From positions 124,129-188,128 of the forward strand of contig CAWUSX010000022.1 in NCBI GenBank assembly GCA_963924875.1: 64,000 nt of DNA. Reading direction: 5' to 3'. The position numbers were made by a program, and so were the translations under genes. This document shows, in pieces, positions 43,163 through 53,014 of this stretch. How positions within the stretch are numbered: position 1 is the first letter of the stretch; each line of letters opens with the position of its first letter. The stretch comes from an uncultured Gammaproteobacteria bacterium. Its GTDB lineage: Bacteria; Pseudomonadota; Gammaproteobacteria; SZUA-229. Under the pieces are notes generated by a model, which saw only the letters and a program-made list of their open reading frames with translations, was not told where the DNA came from and made no database searches.

Positions 43163-43621
43163 TTGGATAAGAAACTAAGAAAAAGGTTAATTGGGGCAAT
43201 TGTTCTTGCGGCCTTTTTAGTGATTTTAGTGCCTGAATGGCTAGATGGTGCAGGGCACAGCTCACGCTATTCCATGGATGTCAGTATCCCAGAAAAGGCT
43301 GAGCTTAGGCCTATCTCTGAGTATATGGGCGCTTCTGATACGCCGGCCACGATTAATAAAAACATTAAGACCACAGAATCAACTATTCATGCATGGGCCC
43401 TTCAGGTCGGTAGCTATAAGCAGGAAAAGAATGCTGAATTGATGCGCGACAAGCTGAGAGCTAAAGGCTATGCAAGTTATGTAGATGTATCGAAAAAGCC
43501 GGGAAATACCCGTTATCGTGTGCGCATAGGTCCAGAGTTAGATCAACAGCACCTCGAAACACTACGCGAAGTCATTCTGCGAAAAGAAAAAATTAAGGGT
43601 ATGGTGGTGCATCATCCGTAA
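43163..43621 (+). CDS. dedD: SPOR-domain cell-division protein (DedD-like)
   Basis: TTG start and an N-terminal TM helix. C-terminal SPOR domain (WALQVGSYKQEKNAELMRDKLRAKGY...YRVRIGP). Confidence 0.7.
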   Translation: MDKKLRKRLIGAIVLAAFLVILVPEWLDGAGHSSRYSMDVSIPEKAELRPISEYMGASDTPATINKNIKTTESTIHAWALQVGSYKQEKNAELMRDKLRAKGYASYVDVSKKPGNTRYRVRIGPELDQQHLETLREVILRKEKIKGMVVHHP

Positions 43622-43711
43622 TGCCCCATATAAAGCGCAATTCAGTGTAGATTGTGCTGTAGCTTCAGGCTCAATTTGTTATCATTGCGCCTTTATATGC
43701 TGGAGTCTTAA

Positions 43712-44200
43712 ATGACCCTCGTTGATTTTGGAATTGTTACCATAATTGCCGTTTTATTGGTGTTGGGTTTAATCTGGGGGTTTGTCAAAATCGCCATTGC
43801 ACTGGGCACATGGGTTGCCGCCAGCACTATCTCATTTGGTTTTGCGCCTAATTTAGCATCGTCCTTATTAATGACTATAGAGTCTCCATCAATGCGCCTG
43901 GCCGCGGCCATGGGTATCTTGTTTATTCTCACTTTAATGGTCGGGGCACTTGTCAGTTTTGTGGTGCGCCAATTTGTCAGTAAGACGGGCCTAAGTGGCC
44001 TGGATCGTGTATTGGGTCTAGTTATTGGTTTATCGCTCGGTTTGGTCGTAGTGATCGCGATGGTTTTTGCTGCGGGCCTTACAAATGCGCCCAGTTATGA
44101 TTGGTGGCAATCATCTCTGCTAATTGAACGTTTTGAATCATTGGCAATGTGGCTGCAAGGTTACTTACCTGATGATGTTGCGAAGTATTTTTCTTATTAA
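43712..44200 (+). CDS. cvpA: colicin V production protein CvpA
   Basis: 162 aa membrane protein with 4 TM helices. folC-dedD-cvpA-purF synteny. Confidence 0.85.
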   Translation: MTLVDFGIVTIIAVLLVLGLIWGFVKIAIALGTWVAASTISFGFAPNLASSLLMTIESPSMRLAAAMGILFILTLMVGALVSFVVRQFVSKTGLSGLDRVLGLVIGLSLGLVVVIAMVFAAGLTNAPSYDWWQSSLLIERFESLAMWLQGYLPDDVAKYFSY

Positions 44201-44233
44201 GCTTAAATCTATTGTAGATTTGTTGAGGTATTT

Positions 44234-45748
44234 ATGTGCGGTATAGTCGGTATTGTTGGCCGAAGTCCTGTTAATCAGTTGTTATACGATGCGTTAACTT
44301 TATTGCAGCATCGTGGACAGGACGCAGCGGGTATTGTTACCAGTGAAGGTAATAAATTTCACCTGCGTAAAAACAATGGACTAGTGAGCGATGTGTTTGG
44401 TGCCGATAGTATGTCCCAGCTAATGGGTAATATGGGCATTGGGCATGTGCGCTACCCAACGGCTGGATGTTCTACTGCCGCTGAAGCACAGCCATTTTAT
44501 GTAAATTCTCCCTACGGTATTGCTTTGGCACATAATGGCAATTTAACCAATGCAGAAGAGTTAAAAGCGCAGTTATATAAAGACGATTTACGGCATATAA
44601 ATACTGAATCTGACTCAGAGGTTTTATTAAATATATTCGCCCATGAACTACAGGCGTTAAAAAAACTTAAGGTAACAGCCGAAGATTTATTTACAGCTGT
44701 TGCAGCTGTGCATAAACGTTGCCGAGGTGGTTATGCCGTTGTTTCGATTATTGTCGGCAAAGGTGTGCTGGCATTCCGTGATCCATACGGTATTCGTCCG
44801 GCCTGTTTCGGTACACGTAAGACAGATGATGGTATTGAATACATGGTGGCATCTGAGAGTGTTGCCCTGCACGCATTAGGTTTTAAATTAGAACGTGACC
44901 TGAAGCCGGGCGAAGCGATTTATATTGATATGGATGGCAATATGTCGACGCAGCAATGTGCAGAAAACCCTCAAAATGTGCCGTGTATTTTTGAGTACGT
45001 TTACTTTGCCCGACCTGATTCAATTATTGATGATATTTCAGTTTATAAAGCACGTTTGCGCATGGGTAATACTCTGGTTCAGAAAATATTAAGAGAAAGA
45101 CCAGATCATGATATTGACGTGGTTATTCCCATTCCGGATACCAGCCGTACCTCTGCACTGGAAGTGGCTTACCACTTAAATGTTAAGTATCGCGAAGGCT
45201 TTATAAAGAATCGATATATTGGCCGCACATTTATTATGCCAGGCCAGACCCAGCGTAAAAAATCAGTGCGTCAAAAATTAAATGCAATAGACCTTGAGTT
45301 TAAGGACAAAAATGTATTACTGGTCGATGATTCTATTGTACGTGGTACGACATCGAAACAGATTATTCAAATGGCCCGGGATGCCGGTGCTAAAAGTGTC
45401 TACATGGCATCCGCGGCACCCCCGGTGCGTTTTCCTAATGTGTATGGCATTGATATGCCATCACCCAAGGAGTTTGTAGCTGATGGCCGCGACATAAGTG
45501 AAATTTGCAAAGAAATAGGCGCTGACTGGCTGGTTTATCAGGATCTTGAAGATTTAATACAGGCCGTACATTTAGGTAATGAAAAAATCAATCGTTTTGA
45601 TAGTTCATGCTTTAACGGTGAATATGTGACGGGTGATGTAGATCAGGCCTATCTGGATCTTCAGGAACAACGTCGTTCAGATAAGGCAAAATCCAAGCGT
45701 GATCGTTTAGATAATTTGGCCGGAATTGATCTGTATAGCAACCAGTAG
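44234..45748 (+). CDS. purF: amidophosphoribosyltransferase
   Basis: MCGIVGIVG Ntn-amidotransferase start plus a PRTase domain. Confidence 0.95.
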   Translation: MCGIVGIVGRSPVNQLLYDALTLLQHRGQDAAGIVTSEGNKFHLRKNNGLVSDVFGADSMSQLMGNMGIGHVRYPTAGCSTAAEAQPFYVNSPYGIALAHNGNLTNAEELKAQLYKDDLRHINTESDSEVLLNIFAHELQALKKLKVTAEDLFTAVAAVHKRCRGGYAVVSIIVGKGVLAFRDPYGIRPACFGTRKTDDGIEYMVASESVALHALGFKLERDLKPGEAIYIDMDGNMSTQQCAENPQNVPCIFEYVYFARPDSIIDDISVYKARLRMGNTLVQKILRERPDHDIDVVIPIPDTSRTSALEVAYHLNVKYREGFIKNRYIGRTFIMPGQTQRKKSVRQKLNAIDLEFKDKNVLLVDDSIVRGTTSKQIIQMARDAGAKSVYMASAAPPVRFPNVYGIDMPSPKEFVADGRDISEICKEIGADWLVYQDLEDLIQAVHLGNEKINRFDSSCFNGEYVTGDVDQAYLDLQEQRRSDKAKSKRDRLDNLAGIDLYSNQ

Positions 45749-45783
45749 TTGTTGGTTTAATTTAATGTTTATTAACATGTCAT

Positions 45784-46692
45784 ATGGATTATAAAAAAAT
45801 ACAGCATTATTTTTTGGGCTTATTAACAGCGTTGTTGTTAATGCCGTTTTCCGTGCAAGCTGTTGCGCCGGATATGACTGGCGTGGCTTCAATTGAAGAT
45901 CAGGACAAGCTGTTATTTGCACAGGCGCTTGAGTTATCTGTTGCGAAGCAATGGCTTGCAGCAGAGCCCATATATCGCGATTTAGTTAAGCGCAATAAGG
46001 AATGGCCAGAACCGAAGAATAATCTGGCTATTCTGCTATTAAAAACTAATCGCCTGGAGGAAGCCAAATCAATGTTCGAGGAAGCGGTTAGCAGTTCACC
46101 TAGTTATCGTATCGCGCAAAAAAATAGAACTCAATTATATGACTTTTTAGCCGCACAAGCCTATGGAAAAGCATTGGAAAAGCAGCAAGTCTCTAGATTG
46201 CCGGAAATGGATTTTATTGAGCAGATTTATCGGCCAGTAAAAACGCTTGAAAAAATTGTAGAGAAAAAAGTTGAAGTTATCGTAGAAAAAAAGGTTTTTG
46301 TTAAATCGACACCTGTTCAAAATACTTCAAATACAGAAGTGGTTAGCGATATTAGGGAGCAATTACTAAATTGGTCCCATGCATGGTCTCAGGGCGACTA
46401 TGACTATTATATTCAGTCTTATGCAGATAATTTTGTACCCGTTGATGAGCGTCAGGGGTTTACCGAATGGAAAAAAACACGTAAAGCTAAGCTTAAGCGT
46501 GGTGTAAGTGTTCAGGTAACAGTTGATAATTTAAGGGTTTTTCTAGAGGCTTCATCGAATTATGCCCTGGTTGAATTTATTCAGTACTATACTTCACCTA
46601 TATATAGTGACAGTGTTATAAAACAGCTATATATGCAAAAGGACCAGAATAACTGGAAGATATTATCTGAGAGAGTGATTAAAACCTTATAA
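45784..46692 (+). CDS. secreted TPR protein with C-terminal NTF2/SnoaL-like domain
   Basis: Signal peptide and a TPR-like segment. The C-terminal 110 aa (NWSHAWSQGDYDYYIQSYADNF...VEFIQYY...NWKIL) is homologous to the C-terminus of the next gene. Confidence 0.5.
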   Translation: MDYKKIQHYFLGLLTALLLMPFSVQAVAPDMTGVASIEDQDKLLFAQALELSVAKQWLAAEPIYRDLVKRNKEWPEPKNNLAILLLKTNRLEEAKSMFEEAVSSSPSYRIAQKNRTQLYDFLAAQAYGKALEKQQVSRLPEMDFIEQIYRPVKTLEKIVEKKVEVIVEKKVFVKSTPVQNTSNTEVVSDIREQLLNWSHAWSQGDYDYYIQSYADNFVPVDERQGFTEWKKTRKAKLKRGVSVQVTVDNLRVFLEASSNYALVEFIQYYTSPIYSDSVIKQLYMQKDQNNWKILSERVIKTL

Positions 46693-46705
46693 GTTTTATC
46701 GACTA

Positions 46706-47908
46706 TTGATTATCATGAGATGTTTAGCCGCCATATGTTTGTTTTTTTACTCAGCAATAACTGCTGCAGTGAGCGCTCATCCAGAGGAAAGGTTACTGGA
46801 TGCAGTGCGCTATATTCAAGTATCTGAACTTAATCAGGCAGAACAAACGTTACAGGCACTGCTTGTTGATCGGCCAAATTTCAAACTGGCACAATTGGTA
46901 TACGCTGATGTGTTAAAGGCCAAAGCGGGCGCTGTCACGCAGATGGGTTTAGGATTACCAGATACGCACGATAGATCAGTTTTACTTAGCGAAATTAAAA
47001 AACGTTATAAAGCCTCCGCTGATAAGCAAATACAACAAAAATACCCTGCCGTTCTGGCAAGGCTAGACGACAACTATAATTATGCGTTAGTAGTGGATCT
47101 TAGTAAGTCGCGCTTATATGTATTTGATAATAGCCTGGAAAAACCCTTATTAATTGAAGACTTTTTTGTTTCCATGGGTCGTGCTGGTTCGGGCAAAATA
47201 AACGAAGGTGATTTAAAAACCCCGATGGGCGTGTATTTTGTTCAGTCATATATTTCACCCACACAGCTGGAAGATAAATACGGTGCAGGTGCGTATCCCA
47301 TTAATTATCCCAATGCGTGGGATCGCATAAATGGTAAAACAGGCCACGGTATCTGGTTGCACGGTACACGAAGTGGAACCTATAACCGACCAATATTGGC
47401 TTCAGAAGGTTGCGTAGTTTTACCAAATGATGACTTGCTTGAAGTAGGCTCGTATATTGATTTAAAAAATACCCCGCTATTGATTGGTGAAAATCTACAA
47501 TGGTTATCGGAAGATAAATGGTTAGAACATCAGGCGCTTATTAATCAGATACAACAACGCTGGAAAAAAGACTGGGAAAGTCTGGACGTTGAAGAATATT
47601 TAAGTCATTACTCTCGACGGTTTACCAATGGAAAGAAAAACTTTTCTTATTGGGCTGAACATAAACGACGCATTAGTAAGAACAAAACATTTGTACACGT
47701 TGATTTATCCAATGTTAGTTTATTGTTGTATCCCAACGAAGATGTCATGGTAGCTACTTTTCAGCAGTCTTACAGCAGTGATAATTACACCAGCCAGAGC
47801 TGGAAACGTCAGTACTGGAATAAAGAATCAGATGGTGAGTGGCGTATTGTTTTCGAAGATGAAATTGCACCCCCAGCTGCAACACAACTTGCTCGGAATA
47901 CCCTGTAA
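46706..47908 (+). CDS. L,D-transpeptidase (YkuD domain) with C-terminal NTF2-like domain
   Basis: Signal peptide. YkuD catalytic region ...HGIWLHGT...LASEGCVVL. C-terminus WKKDWESLDVEEYLSHYSRRF...VATFQQSY...EWRIV. Confidence 0.75.
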   Translation: MIIMRCLAAICLFFYSAITAAVSAHPEERLLDAVRYIQVSELNQAEQTLQALLVDRPNFKLAQLVYADVLKAKAGAVTQMGLGLPDTHDRSVLLSEIKKRYKASADKQIQQKYPAVLARLDDNYNYALVVDLSKSRLYVFDNSLEKPLLIEDFFVSMGRAGSGKINEGDLKTPMGVYFVQSYISPTQLEDKYGAGAYPINYPNAWDRINGKTGHGIWLHGTRSGTYNRPILASEGCVVLPNDDLLEVGSYIDLKNTPLLIGENLQWLSEDKWLEHQALINQIQQRWKKDWESLDVEEYLSHYSRRFTNGKKNFSYWAEHKRRISKNKTFVHVDLSNVSLLLYPNEDVMVATFQQSYSSDNYTSQSWKRQYWNKESDGEWRIVFEDEIAPPAATQLARNTL

Positions 47909-47910
47909 AT

Positions 47911-48783
47911 TTAAGGCTGCGGTGTTTTCTGAGGGGTATGGCTTCTTAGCCATTTAATTAAATCTATCCAGATACGATTAACTTCCCAATCACTTGGCAT
48001 AATTCCAGCGTGTGGTAATTCAACCGTCACCACAGGGATTTGTTGTTGTAAGCCCGCATAGTTGCCTAATGAACCAGGATACGTACCCAATAATTTTAAA
48101 TGCAATGAACCCAGGTGAGCCGGTGGTTTGGGCGGCCCGTCAAAATCGACGATGCCAAAAGGTGCATGTACAGCAACAATTACATCGGGTTGAAATTCTT
48201 TAATAAGTTTGACGATCCACTGTGTTTCAGGTTCGCTGGTGGGGCGCGGGCCGGGATAGCGCCTTGAATCGCTGTAGGCTTTTTGTTTCCAGTATTCAAG
48301 GCTTGCATGTGGCTTGTCATTATTTGGAAAGTTGCGGTTTAAATCGACGCCATTAGCATTTACTCGCCGAGATTTTTTTTGTAAAAGACCATCGGGGTTA
48401 ACCAGTGGTGCAACCTTCCAGTGAAATAAACCGCTATGGTATTTATCTAAAATATGCAGCCATTTAAACATAATCGTTACGGATGAATATTCATCTCCGT
48501 GGATGCCGCCAAGCAGTAATACCCTGGCTTGTGGCTTTCTTTTGTTGAGCAGTGGTGGGTATTCTTTTATTAGTAAAGGGCGCTGCTTGAAAGAGACGGA
48601 CTTAGATGTCTGTAAATTGCGTTGTGAACATTCCGCCAGGCTTACACTCGCTAGCTTATTGGATATCTCTAAACATGCCTGTTTCGCGGGTGAGGGCATT
48701 ATGTCGTCAATTGCCATGCCGTTACTGTAGGCCGGGTGACAGACTAAGAAAATAAGTGAAATCAGATAAATGCGTGTTAGCAT
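47911..48783 (-). CDS. M14-family zinc carboxypeptidase (MpaA / gamma-D-Glu-mDAP peptidase-like), secreted
   Basis: Signal peptide, the HGDEYSS zinc motif (HxxE) and NRNFP. Confidence 0.7.
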   Translation of the reverse strand: MLTRIYLISLIFLVCHPAYSNGMAIDDIMPSPAKQACLEISNKLASVSLAECSQRNLQTSKSVSFKQRPLLIKEYPPLLNKRKPQARVLLLGGIHGDEYSSVTIMFKWLHILDKYHSGLFHWKVAPLVNPDGLLQKKSRRVNANGVDLNRNFPNNDKPHASLEYWKQKAYSDSRRYPGPRPTSEPETQWIVKLIKEFQPDVIVAVHAPFGIVDFDGPPKPPAHLGSLHLKLLGTYPGSLGNYAGLQQQIPVVTVELPHAGIMPSDWEVNRIWIDLIKWLRSHTPQKTPQP

Positions 48784-48834
48784 ATGGATGTATAAATTAA
48801 ATATTTTGTTCAATTGCTCGCACAAGTTTGAGTC

Positions 48835-49326
48835 ATGTCACGAATTAGTCATATCATTATAAAAATAAATCAGCAAAAACTGTACTGTTGTGATGACGAG
48901 GAAAAGGTTATTTTCGAATATCCTGTATCCACATCCAGTTTTGGCATGGGCAATCAAAATGGTAGTTTTAAGACGCCTCTGGGTGAGCATAGTATCGCAC
49001 AGAAAATTGGCGCTGACTGCGCTATAAATGAAGTATTTATAGGTCGAGTTCCCCAGGGGGAGCTTGAGGTTTTACAGGCTGCAGGTAAAACGCTGCCGGA
49101 AGATATAATTACATCCAGAATTCTCTGGCTAGAGGGTAGGGAACCAGGCGTTAATAATGGCGAAGGTATCGATAGCTATCAACGCTATATTTATATTCAC
49201 GGAACATCAGAAGAAGAAAAAATAGGCTTACCAGCTTCACATGGATGCATAAGAATGCGTAATCAGGATGTAGTCGATTTATTTAATCATGTCGATGAAG
49301 GTTGCCGGGTATTAATACAGGAATAA
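48835..49326 (+). CDS. small YkuD-domain (L,D-transpeptidase catalytic domain) protein, no signal peptide
   Basis: ...YIYIHGT...ASHGCIRMRN (catalytic His/Cys pair). Confidence 0.65.
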   Translation: MSRISHIIIKINQQKLYCCDDEEKVIFEYPVSTSSFGMGNQNGSFKTPLGEHSIAQKIGADCAINEVFIGRVPQGELEVLQAAGKTLPEDIITSRILWLEGREPGVNNGEGIDSYQRYIYIHGTSEEEKIGLPASHGCIRMRNQDVVDLFNHVDEGCRVLIQE

Positions 49327-49329
49327 ACA

Positions 49330-50517
49330 ATGAGTGATTTTGAAGAACTAGAGGCCGAATGGTCATTTGCTACGCAGGCAGTAAGAGCGGGTCAGCAGCG
49401 TACGCATGAGCAGGAACATAGTGAAGCTATGTTTCTTACATCGAGTTTTGTATTTTCATCGGCTGCGGAAGCTGCGGCTCGTTTTTCCGGTGAAACACCG
49501 GGTAATATTTACTCTCGTTTTACTAACCCTACAGTGCGCACCTTTGAACAACGTCTGGCTCGATTAGAGGGTGCTGAACGTTGTGTGGCTACGGCTTCTG
49601 GCATGGCCGCCATTTTGTCGACCTGTTTAGGCTTATTGAAAACAGGTGATCATATTGTTTCGTCGCGGAGTATTTTTGGTACAACAACGGTTTTATTTAC
49701 AAATATATTATCTAAGTTTGGTATTGAAACGACCTTTGTTAATTTGTCCGACCTAAGCGGGTGGGAAAAGGCGATTCAAAAAAATACACGTTTATTATTT
49801 TTAGAAACACCCTCTAACCCGTTAACTGAGATGGTGGATATTAAAGCCCTTGCAGTGCTATCGCATGCGAATGATTGCCTGCTCGCCGTAGATAACTGCC
49901 TGAGCACGCCTGCGTTACAGCAGCCAATAAAATTAGGTGCCGATATAGTTATTCATTCGGCGACTAAATACATAGACGGGCAAGGTCGATGCATGGGTGG
50001 TGCCGTACTGGGTACAGAAGAAATAGTTGGCGGCGGGGTGTATGGTTTCTTACGCAGTGCCGGGCCAACAATGAGCGCATTTAATGCGTGGGTGTTTTTG
50101 AAAGGACTGGAAACACTGGATATTCGTATGAAGGCACATAGTCAAAATGCAATGCATCTGGCAAAGTGGTTAGAGCAGCTACCGCAAGTTGCCAAAGTGT
50201 ATTACCCGGGGCTTGAATCGCATCCGCAACATGAATTGGCCAAATCACAGCAGTCTGATTTTGGTGGCTTGTTATCGTTTGAGCTTAAAGGTGGCAAGGA
50301 TGCTGGCTGGGCCTTAATTGATGCGACTAAAATTTGTTCTATTACGGCTAATTTAGGTGATACAAAAACAACCATTACACACCCTGCTACAACTACCCAT
50401 GGGCGACTCACAGCAGAACAGCGTGAGGAGTCAGGTATCGCGGATGGCTTAATTCGTCTAGCCGTTGGCCTGGAAGATATAGAAGATTTAAAACGAGACC
50501 TGTCGCGCGGCATGTGA
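49330..50517 (+). CDS. metZ: O-succinylhomoserine sulfhydrylase
   Basis: Cys/Met-metabolism PLP enzyme with lysine motif (HSATKYIDG). Confidence 0.85.
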   Translation: MSDFEELEAEWSFATQAVRAGQQRTHEQEHSEAMFLTSSFVFSSAAEAAARFSGETPGNIYSRFTNPTVRTFEQRLARLEGAERCVATASGMAAILSTCLGLLKTGDHIVSSRSIFGTTTVLFTNILSKFGIETTFVNLSDLSGWEKAIQKNTRLLFLETPSNPLTEMVDIKALAVLSHANDCLLAVDNCLSTPALQQPIKLGADIVIHSATKYIDGQGRCMGGAVLGTEEIVGGGVYGFLRSAGPTMSAFNAWVFLKGLETLDIRMKAHSQNAMHLAKWLEQLPQVAKVYYPGLESHPQHELAKSQQSDFGGLLSFELKGGKDAGWALIDATKICSITANLGDTKTTITHPATTTHGRLTAEQREESGIADGLIRLAVGLEDIEDLKRDLSRGM

Positions 50518-50617
50518 TTTTATCGTGCTGTAAGATGCTCTGTTAATTAACTAAACGTAACCTGATTAAAATGAATAGGCTAACTTTTTTGTGCCAAATT
50601 TAAATAACAATCTTCTG

Positions 50618-52681
50618 ATGGCGAAGCGAGAAACACCTTTGCTGCTAGTGGTAGATGATGATGTTGTCATTCGTAACATGTTGATGAAGTCGCTACAAAA
50701 ACAAGGTTTTAATGCCATTGAAGCGCCAAATGGTATGCAAGGGATAGAGCTATTCCGTCAACACCGGCCTGATATGGTGTTGCTAGATGTGTTGATGCCA
50801 GTAATGAATGGCTTTGAAACGTGTCAGGTATTACGTGAACTTGATCCCGAACGCACGGTACCCATCATCATGTTAACAGGGCTTGATGATGTAGTGTCTG
50901 TTGATAAAGCGTTTGATGCCGGTGCTACAGATTTTATTACCAAGCCCATTAACTGGAGCTTGTTTTCTCAGCGTGTACGTTATGCACTGCGTTCCCGTGA
51001 AATGGATTTTGAATTAAGAAAAAGCAGGCGCCGTGTTGATCATGCTCTGAAAGTCGCCATGCTAGGTTACTGGGATTGGGATTTAAAAACCGATGAATTC
51101 ACTATCCCGGTGGGTGTGCTGGATATGCTAGGTATAGATCGTAACCATCGCCTAAAATTGGAGGAACTGATTAATTATGTGCCTGATGAAGATCGTGATC
51201 GTGTCCTCTATGCGTTTAACGATGCGCGCGAACGAGGGACTCGTTTTATTATAGAGCATCGAATGCAGGGCATTGATAATAAAGAGCGCTATGTGTATCA
51301 GCAAAGTGAAGTCATCATGGGTGAAGATGATAAGCCGCGTTATGTATTAGGCACCATACAGGACATTACTGCGCTGAAACGCGCCGAAGATATGATACTT
51401 CATCAGGCGTATCATGATTTGTTAACTGATTTGCCGAATCAAACACTATTTAAAGAACGTCTTACTCACGCCATAAAAGTTGCAGAGCATTCAGGCCATC
51501 AAGTTGCTGTAGTAGCAATTGATATTGATCGTTTTCAGTTAATTAATGAAAGCCTGGGGAATGATATTGGTAATGAGTTGCTAGTTGTATTTGCTGGTTT
51601 CTTAAGAGGTGTTGTACACGAGGGTGATACGGTTGCACGAATAGGCGGAAATGAATTTACTATTTTATTAGAAAGCCCTGCGTCTACCGAAGAAATTACC
51701 GTTATATTAAATAAGCTAAATCAGCTACTCAGAGAAAATACATTTGATTTGGCAGGACAAAAAGTCATGGTTTCATTGAGTATGGGAGTGGCCCTGTATC
51801 CTAATGATGATATTGATGCGAACAATTTAATACAATGTGCTAATGCGGCCATGCGAAAGGCCAAAGCATTAGGCGGTAGCCAGGAACATTTTTATACAAA
51901 CGATATGAATCGTCGTGTTGATGACCGTTTGCGGATGGAAAATGACTTACGTGAAGCGCTGGAAAACGGTGACCTTGAGTTGTTTTATCAGCCACAGGTA
52001 GAAGTGGATACACGAAAAATTATAGCCACAGAGGCATTGGTTCGTTGGCGGCACAAAGAACATGGTTTAGTGTCACCCATCCGCTTTATTCCACTGGCGG
52101 AAGAAACTGGTTTAATACAGTCTCTGGGTCAGTATGTAATGGAGCACGCAATCAGGCAAACCAAACAATGGAATCAACAAGGGCATAATTTGAGTGTTGG
52201 TATTAATTTGTCAGTTCGCCAGTTTATGCAAGCAGATTTAGTTGAACAAATAAAAAAACTCATAGACAAATATCAAATCGACCCCGCCAATATTGATTTA
52301 GAAATTACTGAAACAATTGTTATGCAGGATGCAGGCAATAGTATTAATAAGATGCATCACCTAAAAGAGTTGGGGGTGAAACTATCGATGGATGATTTTG
52401 GTACGGGCTATTCGTCACTCAGTTACTTGCATCAGTTTCCTTTAGATATATTAAAAATTGACAGGTCATTCGTAAAAGATATTGTGGGCAACAAGGGTGA
52501 TGGTGCAATTGCAAAGGCAGTAATTGCTATGGCTCATAGTATGAATTTGAAGGTAGTAGCGGAAGGTGTTGAAACTGAAGAGCAGTTTGAGTTTTTAAAA
52601 GCACATGATTGTGAAGTGATACAGGGCTATTTAATTTCTCGTCCTATACCTGCGCAGGAACTAGAGTTATTACTGTACTGA
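50618..52681 (+). CDS. response regulator with PAS, degenerate GGDEF (GGNEF) and EAL domains
   Basis: REC domain (LLVVDDD...D at LLDVLMP), PAS, RIGGNEFTILL (degenerate A-site), and EAL motifs EALVRWRH and DDFGTGYSSL. Confidence 0.8.
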   Translation: MAKRETPLLLVVDDDVVIRNMLMKSLQKQGFNAIEAPNGMQGIELFRQHRPDMVLLDVLMPVMNGFETCQVLRELDPERTVPIIMLTGLDDVVSVDKAFDAGATDFITKPINWSLFSQRVRYALRSREMDFELRKSRRRVDHALKVAMLGYWDWDLKTDEFTIPVGVLDMLGIDRNHRLKLEELINYVPDEDRDRVLYAFNDARERGTRFIIEHRMQGIDNKERYVYQQSEVIMGEDDKPRYVLGTIQDITALKRAEDMILHQAYHDLLTDLPNQTLFKERLTHAIKVAEHSGHQVAVVAIDIDRFQLINESLGNDIGNELLVVFAGFLRGVVHEGDTVARIGGNEFTILLESPASTEEITVILNKLNQLLRENTFDLAGQKVMVSLSMGVALYPNDDIDANNLIQCANAAMRKAKALGGSQEHFYTNDMNRRVDDRLRMENDLREALENGDLELFYQPQVEVDTRKIIATEALVRWRHKEHGLVSPIRFIPLAEETGLIQSLGQYVMEHAIRQTKQWNQQGHNLSVGINLSVRQFMQADLVEQIKKLIDKYQIDPANIDLEITETIVMQDAGNSINKMHHLKELGVKLSMDDFGTGYSSLSYLHQFPLDILKIDRSFVKDIVGNKGDGAIAKAVIAMAHSMNLKVVAEGVETEEQFEFLKAHDCEVIQGYLISRPIPAQELELLLY

Positions 52682-52735
52682 TTCAAACTGCAAAGTCTTG
52701 TCGAATTTTATTCTGCGCAATAATAATAGATTTGA

Positions 52736-53014
52736 CTACGAAGCATTCCAGTTTTTTGGGAACTTACCGGTTAAAATATAAGCAAAGGCAATAACCTCTG
52801 CTATTACACGATATAAATCTTCAGGTATTTCTTCGCCGAGTCCTAGTTCTGCAAGTACATTAACTAACTCATTATCCTTTTGTAATGGAACGCCATGTTG
52901 CTGGGCGATTTTTAATATTTCATCGGCTATAACACCTACTCCACGTGCGCTCACTTTCGGTGCGCTATTACCATCGTACTCTAATGCTACGGCAATATTT
53001 AACGGTCGTTTCAT
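52736..53014 (-). CDS. stand-alone FlhB C-terminal-domain protein (EscU/YscU/HrcU-family fragment homolog)
   Basis: 92 aa, RPLNIAVALEYDG...VPL..D..LA..L......IPEDLYRVIAEVIAFAY, matching the FlhB C-terminal subdomain. It begins where the NPTH autocleavage site would be but has PLN instead. ATGA overlap with the upstream FliK-like gene. Confidence 0.7.
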   Translation of the reverse strand: MKRPLNIAVALEYDGNSAPKVSARGVGVIADEILKIAQQHGVPLQKDNELVNVLAELGLGEEIPEDLYRVIAEVIAFAYILTGKFPKNWNAS

